Assembly: GCA_965222155.1 (NCBI GenBank)
Contig: CBDCTH010000012.1
Span: 1,792,001-1,856,000, forward strand
Length of the DNA: 64,000 bases
Direction: 5' to 3'
Source: Gammaproteobacteria bacterium
GTDB lineage: Bacteria > Pseudomonadota > Gammaproteobacteria > Eutrophobiales > Eutrophobiaceae
Made by a program: the position numbers and the translations under genes. Shown piece after piece: positions 9,886-19,711 of this stretch. Every line of letters starts with the position of its first letter. The stretch's first letter is position 1. The notes beneath the pieces were generated by a model. The model was not told where the DNA came from, did not search any database, and worked only from the letters and a program-made list of their open reading frames with translations.

Positions 9886-10825
9886 CGATAATCCGTCTGA
9901 TCCGGGCCGATGTAATCGCTATCTTCCACAAACCATTAACCGAAGCGCCATCCGACGAGATGGGTTCAACGCCGATATCGAATTCAGCAAAGGCCAGACC
10001 ATACTGGTGCAGCAGGACGCGGTTGCCAATTAACGTAATCTTGTCAATCTCCGGATAAAACGTTAATCCGGCGCTGATTTCAGCCCCGATCAATATGCCG
10101 GAAAGATAACTGGAAAAAGCGCCCTGGTCGGACTCACCCGATACCAGGCGGGACCTGACCGAAAAGATATGATGAGAGAGACCACCTGGTTGACGACTCA
10201 TCCTGATTCCTTCCTCAAATGCCGCTTTATTAAACTCGTCAATCCTGATAACCGACTGAATGGAACCGGTAGTCTTGAGCGCCGTATATAATTCACCCGT
10301 TAAAAACGTCGTAAAACCGTTAATCTGATCCCCACTGACCGAGACCCATTTACTGTGTGTGCCCGGTAGGCATATCACCGTATCAGCAAGCTGATATTTT
10401 GACTGCAAGCCGATTATCTGAGTCTCCTCGCCGCGGATGACATCCGAAAATGCAGATATACTGTTGGAGGTGATACCCGGTACGATAAAAACGGGATTGG
10501 CATGGACCTCGGGGATTTTCACCAGGCATTGACTCAGCTGCCTGACAGCCATCGGACATTTCAGGTATGTCGTCTCGACCCATCCTTGTCGGCTACCGAT
10601 CATACCGCACATGATGACCGGCAAACCTGAAGCAGAGTTAAGCCATTGGTCACATGATGCATACAGAAAGTTTGCAAAGCCGCCATCCTGTTGCCGGAAA
10701 ACGCCCCCGTTATTTTCTGTTTTTTCGATCACCGTGCCGCCTCTGTCAAGCAAATAGGCACGGAACTGACTTGAGCCCCAGTCCACTGCAATTAAACATC
10801 CCGCCTTCATCATTGCCTCTTCCAA
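9866..10825 (-). CDS. dgoK: 2-dehydro-3-deoxygalactonokinase
   Basis: IAVDWGSS, GMIGSRQGW, DVIRGEETQ, LPGTHSKW, TFLTGE and YLSGILIG motifs. Confidence 0.92.
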   Translation of the reverse strand: MEEAMMKAGCLIAVDWGSSQFRAYLLDRGGTVIEKTENNGGVFRQQDGGFANFLYASCDQWLNSASGLPVIMCGMIGSRQGWVETTYLKCPMAVRQLSQCLVKIPEVHANPVFIVPGITSNSISAFSDVIRGEETQIIGLQSKYQLADTVICLPGTHSKWVSVSGDQINGFTTFLTGELYTALKTTGSIQSVIRIDEFNKAAFEEGIRMSRQPGGLSHHIFSVRSRLVSGESDQGAFSSYLSGILIGAEISAGLTFYPEIDKITLIGNRVLLHQYGLAFAEFDIGVEPISSDGASVNGLWKIAITSARIRRIIDENHAG

Positions 10826-12579
10826 TACATCAATAGCTGCCGACCTGAAAATGCCGTAATGCCGAACAGCGCCGCTGCCGTGAGGTAATTACCGTAGATG
10901 AGCGAACCAATGAAAAACAAGGCGCCATACCCGCACAGACAGGCCATGAAAAACGCTAACAAGGCATCGGTCATATTATACCCGGCGCTTGTCAGCACTA
11001 TTTCCTCACCGGCGGCGCGGGCCTCCTCGATGACCCGGCGCCAGCCGGGGCCCCGGGGTTGTACCAGGCGGAAGAAACGGCGCAGTACCGCCGGATCGGT
11101 TTGCGGTGTCATCAACGTGACCAGCAGCCATCCGACCGTGGTGATGGCAACACCGACAACCAGTTTCTCCCAATGAGTCCAGCCGGGTAAATCCACCAGG
11201 TGAAAGCTGAAGGCCACGATGAAAGAAATAATCATGGCAGCGATCTCGCTGTAGGCATTGATGCGCCACCAGAACCAGCGCAACAAAAACAACAGACCAG
11301 TGCCGGCGCCGATAGACAATAGGATATGAAACGCCTGCATGGCGGTTTCCAGGAATAATGCCAGGACACAGGCAATGAGCATCAACACCGGGGTTACCAT
11401 ACGCCCGACCAGCACCAGTTGCCCCTCCGTCGCTTCGGGCCTGATGAAGCGCCGGTAAAAATCGTTGACAAAATAGGACGCCCCCCAGTTCAACTGGGTC
11501 GACATGGTGGACATATAAGCACAAATCAATGAGGCCATGACCAGTCCCAATAACCCGTGAGGCAGGTATGTCAACATCGCCGGATAGGCAAGATCATGCC
11601 CGATAACCTGCTCATCGACGTGGGGGAACCTTGATTGGATCGCGGCCAGGTCGGGAAACACGACCAATGAGGCCAAGGCAACCAGAATCCAGGGCCAGGG
11701 ACGCAAAGCATAGTGCACGAATTGAAATAACAGCACCGCGCCCATGGCATGATGTTCGTTTTTTGCCGCTAACATGCGCTGCGCGATGTAGCCACCGCCA
11801 CCGGGTTCCGAGCCTGGATACCATACGCTCCACCATTGCACGGCAACCGGAATGATAAAGACCGCGATGGCTGTTTCGGGCTCGGAAAAATCCGGAAAAA
11901 AAGACAATTTGTCCACTACGTTCGGGTGGCTGAGCAGGTTGTTCAACCCCCCCACTTCCGGTAAATTCACGGTGACCCAGGCCGCACATATGGAGCCGAC
12001 CATGGAGATCGTGAACAACACCAAATCTGTCAGTACCACGCCCAGAAATCCTCCCATGGCGCTGAAAACAGTCACCACGACAGCGGCGATGGCGAGAGTT
12101 TGTATCGGGGTCAAATCCAGTATCACCGCACCGATCTTGATTGCCGCCAATGTCACCAGGGCCATCACCATCACGTTGAAGAAAACACCCAGGTAAAGGG
12201 CGCGAAACGCCCGCACCGCGCTCGCGGCCTTACCGCTGTAACGAATTTCATAAAACTCGAGGTCCGTAAAAACACCGGACTGCCGCCACATCCTGGCATA
12301 AACAAAACACGTCAACATACCCGTAAGCAAAAACGCCCACCACACCCAGTTTCCCGACACGCCATCGTTCCTGACAATATCGGTAACGAGGTTGGGTGTA
12401 TCGGTGGAAAAAGTGGTAGCGACCATGGAAGTACCCAATAACCACCACGGCATATTTCGACCGGAGAGAAAAAACGAACTGCTGTCTTTACCTGCCCGCT
12501 TACTGACGCAGGCGCCAATGACGATTGCGGTAACGAAAAAGAAACCTATCAAACACCAGTCTATGAAGCTGAGTATCAT
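10810..12579 (-). CDS. Sodium:solute symporter (SSS)
   Basis: FFLSGRNMPWW, SMVATTF, YIAQRMLAAK; about 13-14 TM segments. Confidence 0.9.
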   Translation of the reverse strand: MILSFIDWCLIGFFFVTAIVIGACVSKRAGKDSSSFFLSGRNMPWWLLGTSMVATTFSTDTPNLVTDIVRNDGVSGNWVWWAFLLTGMLTCFVYARMWRQSGVFTDLEFYEIRYSGKAASAVRAFRALYLGVFFNVMVMALVTLAAIKIGAVILDLTPIQTLAIAAVVVTVFSAMGGFLGVVLTDLVLFTISMVGSICAAWVTVNLPEVGGLNNLLSHPNVVDKLSFFPDFSEPETAIAVFIIPVAVQWWSVWYPGSEPGGGGYIAQRMLAAKNEHHAMGAVLLFQFVHYALRPWPWILVALASLVVFPDLAAIQSRFPHVDEQVIGHDLAYPAMLTYLPHGLLGLVMASLICAYMSTMSTQLNWGASYFVNDFYRRFIRPEATEGQLVLVGRMVTPVLMLIACVLALFLETAMQAFHILLSIGAGTGLLFLLRWFWWRINAYSEIAAMIISFIVAFSFHLVDLPGWTHWEKLVVGVAITTVGWLLVTLMTPQTDPAVLRRFFRLVQPRGPGWRRVIEEARAAGEEIVLTSAGYNMTDALLAFFMACLCGYGALFFIGSLIYGNYLTAAALFGITAFSGRQLLMYWKRQ

Positions 12580-12594
12580 TTTCCTATTCTGTAT

Positions 12595-14037
12595 TTATGC
12601 AATAAACCGGCCGGGGCGTCTGCCGGTTTCTTCTCCGTTCTGCCAGGTACACTGGCCATTGACAAACACGTAATCTATCCCGGTTGCCGGTTCGCATGGA
12701 TTTTCATAGGTTGCATTATCACGAATTTTATCCGGGTCTATCACTACCAGGTCGGCAAACAGGTGGGGACGTATCGCGCCGCGGCTCGCTATCCTGAATT
12801 GTGATGCCGCCAAGCCCGTCATCTTATGAACAGCCGTCTCCAACGAGAACAGTTGCTCATCACGGGCATAATGCCCCAGCACCCGTGGAAACGTTCCCCA
12901 CAGTCGTGGATGGGGTTGGGGGTCGTTGGGCAAACCATCCGAACCGATCATGGTTGACGGATGCTTTAACACCCGGCGGACGTCATCTTCATGCATCTGA
13001 AAATAGCAGGCGCCCCCGGGCAATAAACGCTCCGCTGCCTCCTTCTGGCTACATTGCCAATCTTTGGCAACATCATGCAGGTAGCGCCCGCCCATTTCAG
13101 GGCGAGATTCAGACCAGGTGATGAGTATTTTTATCTTGCCATCCACCAGGGCGGGTTCCAACACACTCGAACCGGCAGTGTAGGGATAACAATCGATATT
13201 GACCGTCCGGGTCTGCCTGACTTCATCCAGCAATTTCAGCGTTTCTTTTGTTCCCCCCCAGTTTTGCAGACCGGCGCATTTATGGTGCGATATGATTAAG
13301 GGGGTCTGTCCCCGCTCAGCCGTGGTAAAGGCTTCCTGCATGGCCTCGATAACGTGATCATATTCATCGCGCAAATGCGCTGCATAGACTCCCTGTCGCT
13401 CGCCCGCGAGCCTGACCAGCGGCACTAATTCATCCACGTCTGCCGCCCTTCCCGGTGGATAATACACACCACTGCTGAGACCGGCAGCGCCGGCGTTGAA
13501 AGCCTCTTCCAGCAGTTTCAACATGGCATCAAGTTCAGCCGTGGAGGCTTTTTTGTTGACATCACTCATGGTGGCGAGCCGCAAGGTTGAATGCCCCACC
13601 AAAGCAACGATATTGACCGCGGGTTCTGCTTGTTCGACAGCCTCGACGTAACTTTGAAAATCAGCAAACTCGAATTCGATATGGCCGCCTAACAGATTCA
13701 GCGGCTCGACCAGCGCCGAAGCACGAAATAACGGGGCCAGGCTGATGCCACAGTTACCGACAATCACCGTCGTCACCCCCTGGCTGATTTTGGGCCGCAT
13801 GGCCGGTCTATCGATACACACGCGATCATCATGCGTATGCACGTCGATAAATCCCGGACAGATGATCTTGCCGCGGATATCCACCACCTGCTCCGCTTCG
13901 GCCTGACCGAGTCGACCCACACTCATGATCCGGTCCCCGCTGACGGCGACATCGGCGGCAAATCTCCCGGCGCCGGTACCGTCTATGACTTCACCACGGC
14001 GAAAAACCAGATCATATGTGGGTGCGCCATGCAGCAT
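12595..14037 (-). CDS. N-acyl-D-amino-acid deacylase family (D-aminoacylase)
   Basis: PGFIDVHTHDD, QGVTTVIVGNCG, HLRDE, SHHK, GSDG and PHPRLWGTFPRVLG motifs. Confidence 0.9.
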   Translation of the reverse strand: MLHGAPTYDLVFRRGEVIDGTGAGRFAADVAVSGDRIMSVGRLGQAEAEQVVDIRGKIICPGFIDVHTHDDRVCIDRPAMRPKISQGVTTVIVGNCGISLAPLFRASALVEPLNLLGGHIEFEFADFQSYVEAVEQAEPAVNIVALVGHSTLRLATMSDVNKKASTAELDAMLKLLEEAFNAGAAGLSSGVYYPPGRAADVDELVPLVRLAGERQGVYAAHLRDEYDHVIEAMQEAFTTAERGQTPLIISHHKCAGLQNWGGTKETLKLLDEVRQTRTVNIDCYPYTAGSSVLEPALVDGKIKILITWSESRPEMGGRYLHDVAKDWQCSQKEAAERLLPGGACYFQMHEDDVRRVLKHPSTMIGSDGLPNDPQPHPRLWGTFPRVLGHYARDEQLFSLETAVHKMTGLAASQFRIASRGAIRPHLFADLVVIDPDKIRDNATYENPCEPATGIDYVFVNGQCTWQNGEETGRRPGRFIA

Positions 14038-14052
14038 GGATACCCGAATTAA

Positions 14053-15348
14053 TCAGAAAAACGTCCGTATACCGTCGATGACGTTATAGTCGTCATCCAC
14101 CAGCCACAATAATTGCCATTTATCAAAAGTCGTACACGGATGGGAAATACCGAGGGCAACCATATCCCCGACGGCCAGGTCCGGCTCACCGGAAAAGCGC
14201 AGGTAGGCATGTTGATCATTCAGCGCAAATATTGCCATTTCGCTGTGTGCCACTTCAGGCATTTTCATCTGCCCCGGTCGGAACCATTTTTCCACCACCG
14301 GGAGATCAACGTCATAAGAAACATCCCGTTTACCGGCTGTAAGAATAGCTAAGCCGGGTTCAGGAACGGATTGAACGTAGGCCCATACTTCGAGCGCGGG
14401 CCGAAGCCGGTCGCTGACTTTATCCGCGCATCTGGCCCGGATATTTTGAAAATGGCGTTCGTAGAAAACCGAGTCATGGGTAAGATAACAACCACTGCGG
14501 ATAATCGCTTGTACGAATCCCTGTTTTACCTGGTTGAGTACCGGTACGACAATATCAAAATACGCCGAGCCGCCGGCGCTTAACAACACACGTCGGGGAT
14601 TGGCAAACAAGTCCAGGGATTGACAACGCCGGTACGTAGCCACAACTTGTGCGAGCAGGTCGCCGATACGACGCTCATCTTCCTGTGGTTCGCTGCCGTC
14701 GATGATACCCTCATAGCACGCCACGCCATGAAGCTCGATTGATGGTTGTGCTGCGATCGCGCCGGCTACTCCGAGTGCATCGACCAGGCTGCGGCAGCCC
14801 GTGCGTCCCCCCTGGATACCGATTTCCAACAGAACTCTTATATGGACCGCTGCGCCCATCTCCGGCAGCAGGTCTTGTAAGCGCTCGGCGCCAGCAATTG
14901 AATCGACGAGACAGTAGAATTCGAACGCGTCATCCCGGGCTAATTCTGTGGCAACGTATCGGATATCATCCAGGCCCACCAGCTGGTTGGCCATGAGTAC
15001 CCGTTGTACGCCGAAACGCCGGCAGACTTGCAACTGCTGAACCGTCGCAACCGTCATTCCCCAAGCGCCGTATGTCAGTTGCAAATCAAACAACTGCGGC
15101 GCCATGGTCGTCTTTCCATGGGGCGCTATCAGGGCATTTTCTGCACTCAGAAAATCCCGCATCCAAGCGGCATTATGTTCAAGTGCACTCTGTTTTATAA
15201 CGGCGCCGGGTAGCGGGATTTGCTCTTCCAACAGGTTCCAACGTTGCCTGGCAACGTCCGCCAACAATATATTTGCGCCGTCATCGGGCAGGCCTTTCGT
15301 GCCCGCTTGCAGCGGCGTCGCCAGTAACGCGTCCAATACCAGCGCCAC
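14053..15348 (-). CDS. Fold-type III PLP amino-acid deaminase/dehydratase (DSD1 / D-serine deaminase-like)
   Basis: APHGKTTMAPQL PLP-lysine motif, GGRTG, RSGCY, GKRD, NDQH and SHPCTTFDKW motifs. Confidence 0.88.
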   Translation of the reverse strand: MALVLDALLATPLQAGTKGLPDDGANILLADVARQRWNLLEEQIPLPGAVIKQSALEHNAAWMRDFLSAENALIAPHGKTTMAPQLFDLQLTYGAWGMTVATVQQLQVCRRFGVQRVLMANQLVGLDDIRYVATELARDDAFEFYCLVDSIAGAERLQDLLPEMGAAVHIRVLLEIGIQGGRTGCRSLVDALGVAGAIAAQPSIELHGVACYEGIIDGSEPQEDERRIGDLLAQVVATYRRCQSLDLFANPRRVLLSAGGSAYFDIVVPVLNQVKQGFVQAIIRSGCYLTHDSVFYERHFQNIRARCADKVSDRLRPALEVWAYVQSVPEPGLAILTAGKRDVSYDVDLPVVEKWFRPGQMKMPEVAHSEMAIFALNDQHAYLRFSGEPDLAVGDMVALGISHPCTTFDKWQLLWLVDDDYNVIDGIRTFF

Positions 15349-16136
15349 TAAAACGCCTCAAGCGTCAGTTCACCGGCCATGACGGCATTGCCGGCGGTTA
15401 AACCGGCGTCCACCGGTATCACCGCGCCGGTTATGCAACGGGCATCACTGGAAGCCAGGAAGCCACAAAGCGCGGCCACGTCCTGCGGTTCGGCAAAATA
15501 ACCTAAGGGATACCATTTTCTCAGCTGTTCAAAAACTTCCGGGTTTTTTGCAGTGCGTGCATCCCAGGCTGGTGTCTTAATCGTAGCCAGGTTCAACAGG
15601 TTGGCCCGGATCCCTTTGCGCCCATATTCAACTGCAAGCGATTTGGTATAGCTGATCAAACCGGCCTTGGCCGCGCTATAGGCAGGATGTCCCAGGGTAG
15701 AGAGTGAGTTGACTGAACCGATGTTGATGATCACCCCCCCAGCATGAGTCAACATCGCTTCCTTGACGATCTCCACACAGTGATACGCACCGGTTAAATT
15801 GAGATCGATGTCCTGCCGCCAGGATTGCGGAGTGACCTTGGCTAAAGCCGTCGCCGCGGCTCCGCCGGCATTGTTTACCAGGATCCCGACATGACCGGTT
15901 TTATCGACCACGGGTTGCACCGCAGCCCGCAGGGCGGACAAATCCGTCACGTCAGCTGCAACGGGCAAACAGTTCTCGCCCAATGAAACAGTCAGTCTTT
16001 GTAACTTTTCCCGATTTCTTCCAACGGCCAGTACGGTGGCGCCGCGCTCACAAAAATACCGGCACAGACCTTCACCAACGCCGCCAGCGGCGCCGGTGAC
16101 CAGGACAATTTTTTTTTCAAAGTGATACCCGTTCAT
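15348..16136 (-). CDS. Short-chain dehydrogenase/reductase
   Basis: TGAAGGVG, NNAG and YSAAK motifs. Confidence 0.9.
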   Translation of the reverse strand: MNGYHFEKKIVLVTGAAGGVGEGLCRYFCERGATVLAVGRNREKLQRLTVSLGENCLPVAADVTDLSALRAAVQPVVDKTGHVGILVNNAGGAAATALAKVTPQSWRQDIDLNLTGAYHCVEIVKEAMLTHAGGVIINIGSVNSLSTLGHPAYSAAKAGLISYTKSLAVEYGRKGIRANLLNLATIKTPAWDARTAKNPEVFEQLRKWYPLGYFAEPQDVAALCGFLASSDARCITGAVIPVDAGLTAGNAVMAGELTLEAF

Positions 16137-16193
16137 CGATAAACCTTACCTTGATAACAGTCGTTCACGCTAGAAGACAACCCCCAAACCTCT

Positions 16194-16214
16194 GTTAACC
16201 CGGATATTGCACCA
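16194..16214. repeat. 21-bp repeat GTTAACCCGGATATTGCACCA (inverted copy at 18503-18523)
   Basis: Exact reverse-complement match read directly from the sequence. Confidence 0.8.
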
Positions 16215-17403
16215 GTTCGTTTGGCGGGACCCCATTGCCTTGATGACTAATCGCTTGCCCCAGCCACTGCAAATTGACGGATGGCAGCATGTCATAGTGA
16301 TAAAAGGCAATATCCCGGATACCCAGTGTCTGAACACCGGCAACGGTATCCACCACCTGCTCCCGACTTTGCATATCAGGCCAACCCGGTCGCAGAATGG
16401 CGCCAAGCCGGTCAGTCCCGCCGGTTTTCCGGACGACGTATTTGCCCTCCGATATTGCCGCCTCTACCGACGGCTGATAGAGAGGCAACTCCAGTCCCTC
16501 CGCCGTATCGTACAATGCCGGCAGATCATGCCCCTCCAGGACACTGGTGGTATGCGACCGTTGGGTCGTCGAAATGATTTTCATCTTTACGGAGGAACGA
16601 ATCGCTGCCCGTATCTCCTTGACGAGCAAGGTGACGGTAGCGCAGCGCCAGCGCAGAAAGGCATTAAGCTCATCGTCTCCGAATATACCGTTTTCCGGCC
16701 AACCCGTGACTGTTTCACTGTGGGGTAAGTCGCTGTTCAGATAACCATCAATTGCCTCTCTCACACGGCGCTGTAAGGACGCGCCGTCTATACCGGTCTT
16801 AGCGGCGCCGGCAATACAGTGATCACAGAAGCATAATCCCAACCAGGCATCCAGCCGGGGGTCAGGCCGAACCTGGGCAAATTCATGATGATAGCCATGG
16901 CTGTAAGCCAGATAACCCGGGGTTTCGAGCAATAACGTATCAATGGGATAATGCCCGGCAAGGTCCTGACATAGGGTCAACGCATACTGACGGACCTCAG
17001 GATGGGCAGGGCATAAACTATAAACATAGCCATCGCCAAAGGCATTTCTAACGGTAATCTCGGGATATAGCATCCCCAGCCGGGTGTTATGCAGCAACAC
17101 GGTCCAGGCATTGACGACCAGGTCTTCGCGTTCCGCCAACAGTGCCAGAACGTCATCTTGTTCAAGCAGCCTGCTGGTCAACGGCTTGACCTTGCCGTAG
17201 CTTAAACGCGGTTTAAAGTAGACAACCCCATCCTCCGGGAAATAGACCCGATGACGATTGCTGCGCGGATGAATGAACTTGCCGGTGTGATAACTCGCCG
17301 CAAGGTTGATGCCCTGCAGTCCGGAAGAGAGAATTTCATCGACCCTTTCATCTGATTTCTCTGCTGATAAATTCCAAGGATAGGCATAGATGGAATAACT
17401 CAT
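16195..17403 (-). CDS. Conserved hypothetical protein, probable TIM-barrel (glycoside-hydrolase-like) with Cys motifs
   Basis: YAYPW, LAASYH, LCPAHPEVRQY and LCFCDHC motifs; sits within the catabolic operon. Confidence 0.6.
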   Translation of the reverse strand: MSYSIYAYPWNLSAEKSDERVDEILSSGLQGINLAASYHTGKFIHPRSNRHRVYFPEDGVVYFKPRLSYGKVKPLTSRLLEQDDVLALLAEREDLVVNAWTVLLHNTRLGMLYPEITVRNAFGDGYVYSLCPAHPEVRQYALTLCQDLAGHYPIDTLLLETPGYLAYSHGYHHEFAQVRPDPRLDAWLGLCFCDHCIAGAAKTGIDGASLQRRVREAIDGYLNSDLPHSETVTGWPENGIFGDDELNAFLRWRCATVTLLVKEIRAAIRSSVKMKIISTTQRSHTTSVLEGHDLPALYDTAEGLELPLYQPSVEAAISEGKYVVRKTGGTDRLGAILRPGWPDMQSREQVVDTVAGVQTLGIRDIAFYHYDMLPSVNLQWLGQAISHQGNGVPPNELVQYPG

Positions 17404-17427
17404 GATAACCGGCCCTGGTATGTCAGA

Positions 17428-17814
17428 TCATTCGGGCTTGTAGGCTATGACGTCAATCTCGACCTTGGCATCGACCATAATCTGCGATCGAACACAGGAC
17501 CGGGCCGGCGGCGCCTCCCCAAAGTATTCCGCATAGACGCGATTAAACGCCTGGAAGTCCCGCGTATCATCCAGCCACACATTGACCTTGACGACATCGG
17601 CCAACGTGCAGCCGGCTTTGTTGAGTATTGCAATGATATTTTCCATGGTTTTATGAGCCTGCGGAACAATACCACCGGCAATGATCTCACCCTGGTCATC
17701 CATCGCGACCTGCCCGGAGACAAAGATAAACCCCCCTGCCTGCGTAGCCTGGCAGAATGGTAAACTCTGCCCGCCGCTGCCTGTTTTCATCCCACCCGTT
17801 CGCTTAATGCTCAC
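17428..17814 (-). CDS. RidA/YjgF family protein
   Basis: VSGQV, DVVKVNVWL, FNRVY and PPARS...VEID motifs; AGGAGG RBS. Confidence 0.92.
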   Translation of the reverse strand: MSIKRTGGMKTGSGGQSLPFCQATQAGGFIFVSGQVAMDDQGEIIAGGIVPQAHKTMENIIAILNKAGCTLADVVKVNVWLDDTRDFQAFNRVYAEYFGEAPPARSCVRSQIMVDAKVEIDVIAYKPE

Positions 17815-17931
17815 TTGATCACACCTCCTACAAACCTGATTTGAATTTAACCCCGCGATAGCTGTTGGGCTGTTGAACCCCCCAGGGCACTTTTCACTGA
17901 CGAGAGAATCGAGCGGGTAAATATAATAAAG

Positions 17932-17985
17932 AGTAATTATACTACATAAAAATAAAATACACGAGTATTTTGCAATTTTATTACA
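17932..17985 (-). promoter_or_regulatory. Two HexR-like operators upstream of the catabolic operon
   Basis: Minus strand TGTAGTATAATTACT (17932-17946, contains TATAAT) and TGTAATAAAATTGCA (17971-17985). Confidence 0.7.
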
Positions 17986-18009
17986 TTAGTAATGGTCAAT
18001 ACCGACTGC

Positions 18010-18320
18010 CCCCCAAGTGTCGAAGTCAAATTCCCCACCTGTGGATAAAATAAGTCGTGCATCATGCGGCGCTCCCGCGTGGTGGTTGTCACTGAAGATA
18101 GTCCTCCAGTCCTGAAAGCCGCGATTGGACGTGGGGAGAGCGACCTGGCTTGCAGCGCCACCCGCTGTCCTCCCCCAACGGCTGGTAGTGGCTGTCATCC
18201 AAAATCCGGGCCTGCTCTGTCTGGGGCAATTGCCTGAGTTTGGCGCCGACAATGTAATGGAAGCCAGCCTCTTCCAGGGCGGTCAGATTGGCCTCATTGA
18301 GCAAGCCCCCGATCAGCCAC
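18010..18320 (-). mobile_element. IS1634-like transposase remnant
   Basis: GLLNEANLTALEEAGFHYIVGAKLRQL fragment; GTGTCGAAGTCA end-like motif at ~18017. Confidence 0.55.
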
Positions 18321-18502
18321 GCACCCTCTGCCGCACATCGTACTTCGCCTGCAGTGATTTGACCACCGGGATGAGGCTGTGACCTTACGACGTCAAGTGT
18401 AGAGAGTAAAATTCTTAAAGTATACGGTTGCCCTGGCTTTGGGTTGACAAAACCTTCGTAACCCATTGACAGCATTTTACTTTTCACTTAGGATAAGCGA
18501 TT

Positions 18503-18523
18503 TGGTGCAATATCCGGGTTAAC
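18503..18523. repeat. Inverted copy of the 21-bp repeat at 16194-16214
   Basis: TGGTGCAATATCCGGGTTAAC. Confidence 0.8.
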
Positions 18524-18544
18524 CCCATACAGCGAGGAAACACC

Positions 18545-18724
18545 ATGCAAGCAGCTAAACAAGAAGCACTCAACACCATTGGTCAACTGCCGGAGGATAC
18601 CGACCTGGATGAGATCATGTACCGGCTCTATGTGCTGGATAAGATCAGGAAAGGGCAGAAAGCCGTAAAACAGGGCAAGACTATTACCAGCGGTGAACTC
18701 GAGCGGGAAATCGATTCATGGTGA
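18545..18724 (+). CDS. Putative antitoxin (59 aa)
   Basis: Below the ORF-track cutoff: MQAAKQEALNTIGQLPEDTDLDEIMYRLYVLDKIRKG...EIDSW; GAGGA RBS; overlaps the toxin start. Confidence 0.8.
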   Translation: MQAAKQEALNTIGQLPEDTDLDEIMYRLYVLDKIRKGQKAVKQGKTITSGELEREIDSW

Positions 18725-19011
18725 CTTGGTCAGAACCGGCCAAGGCTGATTTGCGCTCCATCCACGATTTCATTGCCCACGATTCTCGCCACTACGCCAA
18801 GAAGGTAGCCCAAGACATCAGGGAGAAAACAGATATCTTAGACGGCTTGCCGAAGATCGGTAAGAAAGTGCCACAATTGAATGATGAGAATATCAGGGAG
18901 CTATCGCTGTATTCCTACCGGATCATCTATGAGATCAAAGATCAGGGCATCTTTGTACTGGCTGTAGTGCATAAACGGCAGAATCTAAACGTTGAGGAGA
19001 TTGAGCAGTAG
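18718..19011 (+). CDS. RelE/ParE family toxin
   Basis: WS..AKADL..I.DFIA.DS...GKKVP...IREL...YRIIYEI motif. Confidence 0.9.
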   Translation: MVTWSEPAKADLRSIHDFIAHDSRHYAKKVAQDIREKTDILDGLPKIGKKVPQLNDENIRELSLYSYRIIYEIKDQGIFVLAVVHKRQNLNVEEIEQ

Positions 19012-19193
19012 CATTTTTCAGCATTGAATTTATCGAAGCCTCTGCATAACAGCGAATATCCTTAATAGCACCTCGCTGGTCTATACACTCAGTTACAGGG
19101 GGAGTCGAGAGTGAGCAATGAAGCTGCTTCCATCGAAACAGGCGGAAGGTGCTTTATACACACTTGCACGAGAAATTAATTCGGCGGGAAATA

Positions 19194-19389
19194 TTGCTGA
19201 TAAATGCACGTCAACTGAATAAATAACATATTACAAAAAAATTAAAAAGTCATCGGAGTTTTGACTTTAAATTACATTTTAATCTGTTTTGTAATGTTTG
19301 CACATAATAAAAGGGGATCATCAGACAAGACTTGAATGGAAGAATTTAAAGCTTATTTCGATGCTTAATGTAGATTATTGACTGGATAT
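19194..19389. promoter_or_regulatory. AT-rich regulatory block, diverged direct copy at 44463-44650
   Basis: Shared blocks ttgctgataaatgcac, tgactttaaattacattttaa and gaagaatttaaagcttattt.gatgcttaatgtagatt.ttgactggatat. Confidence 0.8.
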
Positions 19390-19711
19390 ACCCTGAATTT
19401 CTATGAATTTGACATATTCAACCTTTTATGAAAAATTATTTTATATGAATTTTACCACCAGCCTAGAGTAGAAAAATTTTCTTCTTGGGGTTATTGGGGT
19501 TATTATCTATCGGGAAAGAGGTAAAGGAAGATGATGCGACTGGATTTCCGCTTGCACGGGAATAGCTTCGGAAGCGCTGAAGCGACGGGGAAATGTCTGC
19601 TTCAAGTTGCCATCGAGCAGAGGAACCATTACTGCTCAGTAGAAAATCGTAGTGACTTTACAATCAGAGAATGATTATTTTCATATTTTATCATCTCAAA
19701 TCAGTATTGCT

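Noticed and set aside
19020-19090. Integron attC site after the TA module
   Set aside because: GCATAAC is present, but there is no complementary GTTRRRY arm and no integrase.
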